A stretch of 48,768 bases of DNA from an uncultured Eubacteriales bacterium (GTDB lineage Bacteria; Bacillota; Sulfobacillia; Fermentithermobacillales; Fermentithermobacillaceae), in assembly GCA_964643285.1 (NCBI GenBank), contig CAZXSP010000001.1, positions 1-48,768 of the forward strand. Reading direction: 5' to 3'. Shown here in pieces: positions 20,544 through 28,858 of this stretch (position 1 is the first letter of the stretch; each line of letters starts with the position of its first letter). The position numbers and the translations under genes are program-made. The notes beneath the pieces are model-generated. The model ran no database searches and was not told the DNA's origin. It saw only the letters and a program-made list of their open reading frames with translations.

Positions 20544-21710
20544 TTACGGAAGCCAATCAAGGGGATTTTGTGTTGCGCCGTTGACCCTTACCTCGAAGTG
20601 TAGATGAGGGCCTGTAGACACGCCGGTGGAGCCAACTTTGGCGATTACTTGCCCTTGAGCCACCACTTGGCCGACTTTTACCAGCAGCTTATCGGCGTGG
20701 CCGTATAAAGTAGATATTCCGCCGCCATGGTCAATAACTACACATAGCCCATACCCGCCGTTGGTCCCCGACAAAATGACTGTGCCGTCCTCAGCGGCTT
20801 TTATATCGGAACCTCTGTTAGCGGCGTAATCGATACCTGAGTGAAACCTGGTACCCCCCAGAACCGGGTGTTCACGATTGCCGTACACATCGCTGATCCA
20901 TCCGCCGCTGGCGGGCCAAATGAACGACAAATTTTCTTTCTTTTCCCTGGGGTTTTGTGCCTGCAAATCGGCGATTATTTTTTCAAGAGCCTTTGATTCC
21001 GCCTCCAAAGCCTCTACTGCTTGTTCCATCCTTTTGCGGTCTTTTTGAAGCTGTGTCAAATACGCTTCGCGATCCTTGCTTCTGGAAGCCACTTCCACCC
21101 GTTTTGTTTCTTGCTCACTTTTAAGGGAAAGCATTTGCGCCAAATTGTTTTCCAGAGCTTCTTGTTCGGATACAAGCTGAGCTTGATCGGCTTTGTATTC
21201 GGCCATAATGTCATTGTCGTGGAGGGCCACCGCGCGGAGATAGCGCACCCTGGACAAAAAGTCTGACAGGTTTTCAGATTGCAGCAAAACTTCTATGTAC
21301 GATACATTACGTGATTTATACATGCTCACCAAGCGGGCATCATAGGCTGTCTTCTGAGCGGCAAGCCGTTCTTTCACTTCATCTATGGCTCTTCTGGTAT
21401 CATCTATTTCGCCGTTCAAATAACCCATTCTTGTAACTATGTAATTCAGTTCGGTCTCGGCCAAAGCCAGTTCCCTATCGAGCTTTTGAATCTCGGCTGT
21501 CACTGAAGTCTCGTTTTTCTTTTGGGACGCTATTTGCGATCTGTATCCCTCAATCTCTTGCTGAAGGTTTTGCAGTTCCCTAAACTTGTCGTCCAGAGGG
21601 TCGGCCCGGACAAAGCCATTGGGGATACATATGAAGGAAATCAGAATGGCCGCGCACACAATTCCCCGAAAGCATCGGTAAACCTTTGACATCAACACAA
21701 TGACCCCCAC
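20544..21710 (-). CDS. coiled-coil M23 (LytM) peptidoglycan endopeptidase, FtsEX-associated (EnvC/PcsB-like architecture)
   Basis: 388 aa with a signal sequence, about 200 aa of heptad-rich coiled coil, and an M23 domain. Catalytic motifs HSGIDY and GPHLHFEV appear intact. The start is ambiguous (21692-21710). It lies directly downstream of ftsX. Confidence 0.85.
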   Translation of the reverse strand: MGVIVLMSKVYRCFRGIVCAAILISFICIPNGFVRADPLDDKFRELQNLQQEIEGYRSQIASQKKNETSVTAEIQKLDRELALAETELNYIVTRMGYLNGEIDDTRRAIDEVKERLAAQKTAYDARLVSMYKSRNVSYIEVLLQSENLSDFLSRVRYLRAVALHDNDIMAEYKADQAQLVSEQEALENNLAQMLSLKSEQETKRVEVASRSKDREAYLTQLQKDRKRMEQAVEALEAESKALEKIIADLQAQNPREKKENLSFIWPASGGWISDVYGNREHPVLGGTRFHSGIDYAANRGSDIKAAEDGTVILSGTNGGYGLCVVIDHGGGISTLYGHADKLLVKVGQVVAQGQVIAKVGSTGVSTGPHLHFEVRVNGATQNPLDWLP

Positions 21711-22601
21711 TCAAACTCTTAGATGCCGCCTCAAAGAAATGGATGAGCCCAACACGCCCACAAAACAACCGGTGCCTACCATTATCACCAACATACGCAT
21801 GGCCGTGGCCGCTTTTAGCTCGAGTAATGGTATAAACGGCAAGACGGTTATCATAGTCGAAAAGAGCCACGCGTAAAGCCCCATTGCAATGGCGGCTCCT
21901 GCCAGCGCGCCCAAAGTCCCCAATACCACCCCTACCAGGATAAACGGCCCCGCAATAAACTCATCGGTTGCCCCTACCATTTTCATTATGGCGATCTCGT
22001 GGCGCCGGGCATCTATCGAAAGCCGGATGGAGTTCCCAATGACCATGACAGCCACGAGGCCCACCACCAGCATTCCTCCCAAAGAAATCATCTGCGACAC
22101 TCTGCCAATTGAAGCCACTCTGCTGGCGGCTTCCTCCTGAAAAATAACGTCGTCTACAACATCGATCTGCTTAATCGCTTCTGCTACCCCGGCTATGAGT
22201 TCGGCCCCATTTGTGGTAACCCGCAAACTGGCAGGAAGGGGATTATCCTCCCCTAACCCTTCGATGACTTGGGGATTATCCTTAAACATAAGCCTAAATT
22301 CGGCCAGTGCCTCTTCTTTCGTAACCAGTTTCACTTCACTTACGTCTTGGTAAGCTTTGACTTCCTCAAACGCCGCAACGCAATCTTCTTCACTTGCGTC
22401 GTTTTGAAAATATGCTTGTATTTCCATCTGTTCTTGTACTACACCCAACACAAAAGTGAGATTCATACTGATAAGAAAAGCTACGCCCAATAAGAAAAGA
22501 GCCAAAGCCGTGGTAGCGCACGAAAGGAAGGACGACATCTTGTTGCGCCAAATACCTTTGCCTGTTTCGTAAAGCAGATAACCTCCGGCAGAATATCTCA
22601 A
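21711..22601 (-). CDS. ftsX: cell division permease-like protein FtsX
   Basis: The TTG at 22601 overlaps the ftsE stop (TTGA). It gives [27 protein letters not shown], a typical FtsX N-terminus, with four TM helices. The longer ORF-track start at 22676 lies inside ftsE. Confidence 0.88.
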   Translation of the reverse strand: MRYSAGGYLLYETGKGIWRNKMSSFLSCATTALALFLLGVAFLISMNLTFVLGVVQEQMEIQAYFQNDASEEDCVAAFEEVKAYQDVSEVKLVTKEEALAEFRLMFKDNPQVIEGLGEDNPLPASLRVTTNGAELIAGVAEAIKQIDVVDDVIFQEEAASRVASIGRVSQMISLGGMLVVGLVAVMVIGNSIRLSIDARRHEIAIMKMVGATDEFIAGPFILVGVVLGTLGALAGAAIAMGLYAWLFSTMITVLPFIPLLELKAATAMRMLVIMVGTGCFVGVLGSSISLRRHLRV

Positions 22602-23284
22602 CGGTCGTAAGCTCCCCTCAAGGCATCCCGCACGACGGAACCCGCATCCAATTCGATTACCCTTTTGCGCATGCAATCCACGATACTGCTGGCGTGAGTG
22701 GCCACCACCACCGTCATGCCGAAAACGTTAGCCCTCTCGAATATTTTGAAAATGTCCAAAGCAGTTTTAGGGTCCAGATTGCCGGAAGGCTCGTCCGCCA
22801 AAAGAATATCAGGATTTCTCACAAGGGCTCTGGCAATGGCCACCCTTTGCTGCTCGCCCCCGGACAATTCATGGGGATAGGCGGATTGCCTGTGCCTTAA
22901 ACCGACCATGGATAGAACCCTTATTACCCTTTTCGCGGCATCGCGGCCGCCGGCGCCTGTCACTTGAAGAGCAAAAGCCACGTTTTCTGCAACGGTTCTG
23001 TCAGGAAGCAACCTAAAATCTTGGAAAACGACCCCTATTCGCCTTCGTAAAAACGGTACATCTCTGCGCCGCATCCTGCCCAGCTCTTTGCCCGCGACAA
23101 AAACTTGCCCTTGGGACGCAACTTCCTCCCGGTACAATAGCTTTATAAGTGTCGATTTGCCTGCGCCGCTGGCCCCAACTATAAAGACGAATTCGCCTTT
23201 TTCTATATCCAATGACACTTGGTCCAAAGCGGGAATACCCGTCGTATATACCTTGCATACTTCCCTGAGAAAAATCAAATCCAT
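22598..23284 (-). CDS. ftsE: cell division ATP-binding protein FtsE
   Basis: Walker [10 protein letters not shown], signature LSGGEQQR and Walker B ILLADEP. The likely start is ATG 23284 or TTG 23278; the ORF-track start at 23326 adds a non-conserved extension. Confidence 0.93.
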   Translation of the reverse strand: MDLIFLREVCKVYTTGIPALDQVSLDIEKGEFVFIVGASGAGKSTLIKLLYREEVASQGQVFVAGKELGRMRRRDVPFLRRRIGVVFQDFRLLPDRTVAENVAFALQVTGAGGRDAAKRVIRVLSMVGLRHRQSAYPHELSGGEQQRVAIARALVRNPDILLADEPSGNLDPKTALDIFKIFERANVFGMTVVVATHASSIVDCMRKRVIELDAGSVVRDALRGAYDR

Positions 23285-23397
23285 CACCTGTCGAATCTGT
23301 GCTGAAGCATGGCTTCGCCTCATCATATATTCGACAGTCTGTGACCCATTCCTGTTCCGCCCAGATTTTTCTCAAACAGATAACGCCGTGTAGCTGC

Positions 23398-24387
23398 CTA
23401 GGAAGACAAAGCGTTTTTTGCTTCTTGGACTAAGTCTTCTGCCGTAAGCCCATAAGCCTGCAAAAGCTCTGAGGCCGGCCCCGACTCACCGAACACATCT
23501 TTAACCCCAACCCGCTTCACCACAGTAGGATACGAATCACCCAAACACTCGCAAACAGCGCTGCCAAATCCACCTATAATGCTGTGTTCCTCGGCGGCTA
23601 TTACAACACGGCTGGCCTTGGCGGCCGAAACCAAAAATTCGGCATCCAACGGTTTCACAGAAGCGAAATTTGCCGCAAGACACCTTACTCCTGATTTTTC
23701 AAGCATATTGGCAGCTTCAACACCGGCTTTCACCATAATCCCGCAACAGGCGAACAACACATCAAAAGAACCGCCTTTACCTTCCAAAATGTCGGTACGG
23801 GAAACGTCGGGGAAAACAGGCGCGGCTTTACCAACTTCAAAATGAACACCGGCCGGCATAACCTCGGGTACAGCCTCCCGCCCCAACCGAAGGTAGACCG
23901 GGCCGTCAAGCCTTACTGATGCCTCAACGGCTTCCATTGTCTCTTTTGCGTCGCTGGGTACTATTACCGTCATGTTTGGCAACACACGCATAAGCGCAAT
24001 ATCTTCAAGGGCTTGGTGGGACGCTCCATCGGGCCCAACGGTAAGCCCGGCGTGGGTCGCCACTATCTTGACGTTCGCCTTGGGATAGGCTATGGATTGG
24101 CGAATCTGGTCATATACTCTGCCTGTGGCGAACACGGCAAAACTGGAGGCAAACACGATCTTTCCCGAGCGTGCCAACCCTGCCGCAATACCCATCATGT
24201 TAGACTCGGCTATGCCCACGTTAAAGAACCTATCAGGAAACTCCTTAGCAAACATGCCCGTTTTGGTGGACGATGAAAGGTCACAATCTAAAACTACTAC
24301 ATCGGGATTCTCCCGGCCTATGCTCACTAAAGCCTCGCCGTAAGCATCTCTTGTAGCCATAAGTTTTGGCACTATAGACACTCCCAC
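23398..24387 (-). CDS. transketolase, C-terminal (pyrimidine-binding) subunit of a split enzyme
   Basis: ATRDAYGEAL...FNVGIAESNM motifs. The true start may be GTG 24372 or ATG 24360. It follows the N-terminal subunit gene. Confidence 0.9.
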   Translation of the reverse strand: MGVSIVPKLMATRDAYGEALVSIGRENPDVVVLDCDLSSSTKTGMFAKEFPDRFFNVGIAESNMMGIAAGLARSGKIVFASSFAVFATGRVYDQIRQSIAYPKANVKIVATHAGLTVGPDGASHQALEDIALMRVLPNMTVIVPSDAKETMEAVEASVRLDGPVYLRLGREAVPEVMPAGVHFEVGKAAPVFPDVSRTDILEGKGGSFDVLFACCGIMVKAGVEAANMLEKSGVRCLAANFASVKPLDAEFLVSAAKASRVVIAAEEHSIIGGFGSAVCECLGDSYPTVVKRVGVKDVFGESGPASELLQAYGLTAEDLVQEAKNALSS

Positions 24388-24403
24388 ATAATAAGATGTT
24401 CGA

Positions 24404-25216
24404 CTATTTCAGCTCGATAAGCGCTTGTTCTAACTCATGGCCTTTGGGCGCTTTACCGTGCCACCCTGCCACGCCTTCCATAAAAGAAACACCCTTACCT
24501 TTTGTAGTTTTAGCTATTATGGCGGTGGGTTTTTCGCTTCGGCGGTCTATCGACGAAAACATGTTGAGCAGCATGGGTATGTCGTGGCCGTCTGCATCCA
24601 AGACTTTCCACCCAAAAGCGCTGAACTTGGCGCCAATTGGTTCCACACACATGACTGTTCCCACGGGCCCATCTATTTGCAGACCATTATGGTCAATTAT
24701 TGCCACCAGATTGCCTAGCTTGTAGTGACTTGCGGACATGGCGGCCTCCCAAATCTGCCCCTCTTGGCACTCACCGTCACCCAATATGGCCCACACGAAA
24801 AAATCTTTCTTATCCAGCTTGCCGGAAAGTGCTATACCCACTGCTTGCGATAACCCTTGTCCCAAAGAACCTGTGGAAACATCCACGCCGGGCACTTTCA
24901 AACAATCGGGATGTCCCTGCAAAATCGAGCCGCGCTCCCTTAAGGTTAAAAGCTCTTGGGTGTCAAAAAAGCCTTTCTCCGCCAACGCGGCGTACAAAGC
25001 CGGAGCAGCGTGGCCTTTGGAAAGCACCAGTCTATCTCTATCGGGCCAATGGGGATTCTCGGGTTTAACCTTGAGGATATCCCCAAAATATAAGGCGGCC
25101 AACATATCGGTACAAGAAAGAGAACCTCCCGGGTGTCCGGAACCGGCCTTACCCACCATCTCAATTATGTGACGGCGGATCGCAAGAGCTTTTGATCGTA
25201 CTAATGTTTCCGTCAT
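24404..25216 (-). CDS. transketolase, N-terminal (TPP-binding) subunit of a split enzyme
   Basis: From the ATG at 25216 the protein reads MTETLVRSKALAIRRHIIEMVGKAGSGHPGGSLS, followed by the GDGECQEG TPP motif. The ORF-track start at 25300 lies deep inside tagA. Confidence 0.9.
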   Translation of the reverse strand: MTETLVRSKALAIRRHIIEMVGKAGSGHPGGSLSCTDMLAALYFGDILKVKPENPHWPDRDRLVLSKGHAAPALYAALAEKGFFDTQELLTLRERGSILQGHPDCLKVPGVDVSTGSLGQGLSQAVGIALSGKLDKKDFFVWAILGDGECQEGQIWEAAMSASHYKLGNLVAIIDHNGLQIDGPVGTVMCVEPIGAKFSAFGWKVLDADGHDIPMLLNMFSSIDRRSEKPTAIIAKTTKGKGVSFMEGVAGWHGKAPKGHELEQALIELK

Positions 25217-26000
25217 CGTCTTCGTCTCCCTTTTCAACCTTGTTCCTATGACTAAAAGCTTTGGCTTGTACCCGTATGGCGAAATCCACCAAGGCAACAT
25301 CGGCTTTTAGTCTGCTTGGCTCTCTCACCAATCTGTAAAACCATTCCAAACCCAACCGTTGGAAAACGCTGGGGGCCCTGGCGACATTGCCTGACAGTAC
25401 ATCAAACACGCCCCCCACCCCTATTGCTACTTTTGCGCCTAAATGTGTTCTGTTACTCCAGATAAACTTTTCTTGTTTTGGGGAACCCATACCCACTAGC
25501 AACAGATCCGGGGAACAGCCCTTGACAGCCGCGGCTATCTGACTCTCTTGGCCTGCGTCGAAAAAGCCATGTTGTGTGCCCACAACTTCCACCATCGGAT
25601 AGTTTAGCTCTATGGCTGCCTTGGCGGCTTTGGCGACATTGGGCTTGCCGCCCAGAAGAAAAACTTTTAGGGGGGTTTTCCGCAAGAACAGTTTTTGTAC
25701 GATATCAATACCCGTTACACGTTGCAGCGAGACTTTTGCGAGACGTCTTGCAGCCCAAACAATGCCGACCCCGTCGGGAGTTATAAGGTCTGCGCCGTTA
25801 AGCACTTCCATGAATTCGGGATCTTTTTGTGCATTCATCACCATTAACGGATTAGCCGTTACAACCACGCGGGTAACGCCATCGTCTCTCGAAAGCATCC
25901 ATTCGATGGCTTTGCCCGCGCCCGAAAGGGTGACTGAATAAAATTCAACTCCCAAAATGTCTAAATAAGCCACAAAATCACCGTTTCCCGCATTCTTCAA
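25161..26000 (-). CDS. tagA: WecB/TagA/CpsF family (GT26) glycosyltransferase
   Basis: 279 aa with motifs ILGVEF..VT, VVTANP, GVGIVWAAR, PKQEKF and WFYRLVREPSRL. Uses a TTG start. The C-terminal ~30 aa tail overlaps the transketolase start. Confidence 0.85.
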   Translation of the reverse strand: MKNAGNGDFVAYLDILGVEFYSVTLSGAGKAIEWMLSRDDGVTRVVVTANPLMVMNAQKDPEFMEVLNGADLITPDGVGIVWAARRLAKVSLQRVTGIDIVQKLFLRKTPLKVFLLGGKPNVAKAAKAAIELNYPMVEVVGTQHGFFDAGQESQIAAAVKGCSPDLLLVGMGSPKQEKFIWSNRTHLGAKVAIGVGGVFDVLSGNVARAPSVFQRLGLEWFYRLVREPSRLKADVALVDFAIRVQAKAFSHRNKVEKGDEDDDGNISTIKSSCDPPSHN

Positions 26001-26164
26001 CTTTCATGGGCATATCCCAATACAGTGTGCCACACTTCAACACGAAAAACGAGATTCCCTGCCGCCCTGTGTCGCCAAATCTGTACGGCATTTTTACAGG
26101 GTTCACCTTTTCTGCTATGATCTCATGGAACAGTACCTGTCTGGGTTGTGTCACCGGGGAAGAG

Positions 26165-27262
26165 GTGCCAAAAATCAAAAAGATCCTCATTTCCGGATAC
26201 TACGGTTTTGGAAACATAGGCGACGAGGCCATATTGGCTTCAACTGTTGCAGCTTTTCGGTCAAAAGACCCAAATGTCCAAATTACCGCTTTGTCCGAAT
26301 CCCCTGAAACTACTCGTGACTCTTACAACATCACCGCCTTGCCCAGGATGTCTTTGACAACCGTAGTAAGGGCCATCAGCGCGTCACACATGGTGTTGTT
26401 TGGCGGGGGAAGCCTTTTGCAGGACTCCACTTCTTTCAGGTCATTAATGTACTATCTTTCTATTTTGTTTTTGAGCCGCCTTCAAAAAAAGCCGACTGTT
26501 GTGTATGCCAACGGCATTGGCCCGGTTACATCTTGGGTGGGAAGGCGTTTGACCAGACTGGCTTTGTCAAAGGTCGCCGAAATAACTGTGAGAGACCGGG
26601 AGTCTTTAAACGCTTTGCGCGATATGGGCGTGTGCCGCCCTGTAACGGTCACGGCAGACCCGGCATTTTTGCTGAACGCGGCCCCGGACGCCACAGTCGA
26701 TCAGGTTTTGAAAACCGCCGGGTGCGACGGGAAACTTGTGTGGTTTGCGCTTCGGCCGAACAAAGCCCCCAAGAATTTCTATCTGGATTTGGCTAAGTCC
26801 GCCGCGGGTCTTAGGCTTAAGGGTTTCGAACCGTGTCTCATGGTAATGCAAGATCGGGATATGGAACTCGTGGATATTTTCAACCGGTTCTTGTGCCAAA
26901 TGGGCGAAAAACCGGCGCCCTATGTGTCGGACCTTTCACCCGCCGAAGCCTTGGGAGTGCTCCGGCGAGGCCAATTTTGCGTGGGCATGCGGCTGCACAC
27001 TCTCATATTGTCTGCCCAGGCGGGGGTACCTTTTTTGGGCATTGACATCGATCCGAAAATCGGCGCGTTTTGCAGGATGACAAAATGCCCTGTGTTACCG
27101 AACCCGGCCGTCACTCCCGAAAACCCCGAAAGTGCCGTATACGACCTGGCTGACCACGCCGAAGCTTTGGGTAATCGGCTGGAATCCATGTTGCCAAGTT
27201 TGCGGTCACGGGCTGCCCAAAGTGTAGACATTGCCCTATCTGTGCTGAATTCGGCCTACTGA
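26165..27262 (+). CDS. csaB: polysaccharide pyruvyl transferase CsaB
   Basis: The conserved domain begins KKILISGYYGFGNIGDEAIL. The GTG at 26165 (after GGGGAAGAG) gives a canonical N-terminus. The ORF-track start at 26006 adds 53 non-conserved residues. The start is uncertain within 26006-26165. Confidence 0.8.
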   Translation: MPKIKKILISGYYGFGNIGDEAILASTVAAFRSKDPNVQITALSESPETTRDSYNITALPRMSLTTVVRAISASHMVLFGGGSLLQDSTSFRSLMYYLSILFLSRLQKKPTVVYANGIGPVTSWVGRRLTRLALSKVAEITVRDRESLNALRDMGVCRPVTVTADPAFLLNAAPDATVDQVLKTAGCDGKLVWFALRPNKAPKNFYLDLAKSAAGLRLKGFEPCLMVMQDRDMELVDIFNRFLCQMGEKPAPYVSDLSPAEALGVLRRGQFCVGMRLHTLILSAQAGVPFLGIDIDPKIGAFCRMTKCPVLPNPAVTPENPESAVYDLADHAEALGNRLESMLPSLRSRAAQSVDIALSVLNSAY

Positions 27263-27693
27263 ACCTCGTAACGCCCGCGTACCAAAACGATGACATCGTT
27301 AACTGCCAAAATACCCCGCCCATCGTCTCTGGGAATTATGAGCAAATGGTTAGCGGGAATATTCTGCCCGCTTCTCAGATCGGCGCCGGAAGTAACGTCA
27401 GACAAACCACCCAGCTGAGAATCGATGGCCTTGGCAGTGCCGCCGCGTAAAATAATTTCGGCGCCGGCAGAGCCAATCAGGCTGTAACCCGCGGGCACCT
27501 CAACCACCGCCAAGCCGGATTCGGGCATTGACGAAGCGATTTTTGCGTCTACATAAGATTTGGTCACTAACGGGTCGCTTTCACTGCCCGGAAGCACACT
27601 TTCGGGTGCGGCCAACCCCCTGCCAAACCAACCCAAAGCCAAGCTCAAACCCAGTGCACAGATACCCAGAATTATCGTTTTACAGTGTTTCAT
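27256..27693 (-). CDS. small secreted protein of unknown function
   Basis: 145 aa with a signal peptide (MKHCKTIILGICALGLSLALG), a DPLVTKSYVD motif and a beta-rich C-terminal domain (NHLLIIPRDDGRGI). It lies 24 nt downstream of prfB, and its 3' end overlaps the csaB stop by 7 nt. Confidence 0.6.
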   Translation of the reverse strand: MKHCKTIILGICALGLSLALGWFGRGLAAPESVLPGSESDPLVTKSYVDAKIASSMPESGLAVVEVPAGYSLIGSAGAEIILRGGTAKAIDSQLGGLSDVTSGADLRSGQNIPANHLLIIPRDDGRGILAVNDVIVLVRGRYEVQ

Positions 27694-27717
27694 CTCATTG
27701 CCCCATTTCTTTGAAGA

Positions 27718-28831
27718 CTAATCGTCCGCAGAAACACTCGCGTCTTTTTGAAGCTTGGCATAGATAAACTCGTCGATATCGCCATCCATGACCCGCTCTA
27801 CACTTCCCATTTCAGCACCTGTCCTGTGATCTTTGACCAAAGTGTACGGTTGAAACACATAAGACCGAATTTGGCTACCCCAAGCTATTTCTTTCTGGGG
27901 TCCCCGAAGAGTGTCTATCTCTTTTCGACGCTCTTCTTCTCTGAGCGCAAGCAGTTTAGCGGACAATAATCTCATGGCCACGACTTTGTTGTTGTATTGA
28001 GAGCGTTCGTTCTGGCAGGAGATAACTGTGCCCGTGGGGAGGTGCGTTATCCTTACGGCCGAATCCACTTTCTGAACGTTCTGGCCGCCCGCGCCCGAAG
28101 ATCGGAAAGTATCGATTTTGAGATCCTCGGGCTTTATGAGCGCGTCATCTTCTTCATCCATTTCGGGCAACACATCCACCGAAGCAAAAGAGGTGTGCCT
28201 TCTGGCGTTTGAGTCAAAAGGAGAAATTCTGACCAAACGGTGAACACCTTTTTCGCTTCTCAGAAATCCGTAGCAGAAATCACCTTTTACAGACAGAGTG
28301 ACACTTTTGAGCCCGGCTTCCTCGCCCGGCAAAAGGTCAAGTGTCTCGGTTTTGTAACCTCGCCGCTCAGCCCACCGGGTATACATCCGGTACAGCATTT
28401 CCACCCAATCCATTGCCTCTGTTCCCCCCGCGCCCGCGTGGAGAGACATTATAGCGTCACGGGAATCATAGGGCCCCGACAAAAGAGTTGTCAGCTCCAA
28501 CTCTCGAACACGCTCTGTCAAATCCGATATTGCTTCTTCCAAGTCGGCAACAAGGGAAAAATCGTCTTCCTCTTTGGCCAAACCGGCGATACCTATACTA
28601 TCGTCAGTCTCGTTTTTCAAAGTCTCCCACGACTTTATCTTTGTCTCAAGCCTGGAAACCTTTTTCCCGATTTCTTGCGCTTTTTTCGGTTCATCCCAAA
28701 TGGATGGGTCCTGCATCTGTTCTCTGGCCGTGACCAGCTCATCTTTTAGCTTTGGTAAGTCAAAGAGACCTCCCGATGTTGTCCAATTTGTCCTGCAAAG
28801 AGTGGAGTTCGCGAATAATATCCTCGTACAC
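27718..28831 (-). CDS. prfB: peptide chain release factor 2, requiring programmed +1 frameshift
   Basis: Frame 0 runs from the GTG at 28831 (VYEDIIRELHSLQDKLDNIGRSL) to an in-frame TGA at 28762-28760. The +1 frame continues with DLPKLKDELV..., contains the SPF and GGQ (SGAGGQNVQKV) motifs, and runs to the stop at 27718. Confidence 0.95.
28759..28774 (-). promoter_or_regulatory. RF2 autoregulatory +1 frameshift site (GGGAGG-UCU-CUU-UGA-C)
   Basis: The minus strand reads GGGAGG TCT CTT TGA C. This is an internal SD-like element 3 nt before the slippery CUU followed by UGA C, identical in logic to the E. coli and Bacillus prfB site. Confidence 0.9.
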
Positions 28832-28858
28832 GATTTTTCCCCCTATATAATCCTGAAT

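Noticed and set aside
26006-26164. 53-codon N-terminal extension of csaB
   Set aside because: The conserved CsaB N-terminus (KKILISGYYGFGN) begins right after the GTG at 26165. The extension would eliminate the divergent promoter region shared with tagA.
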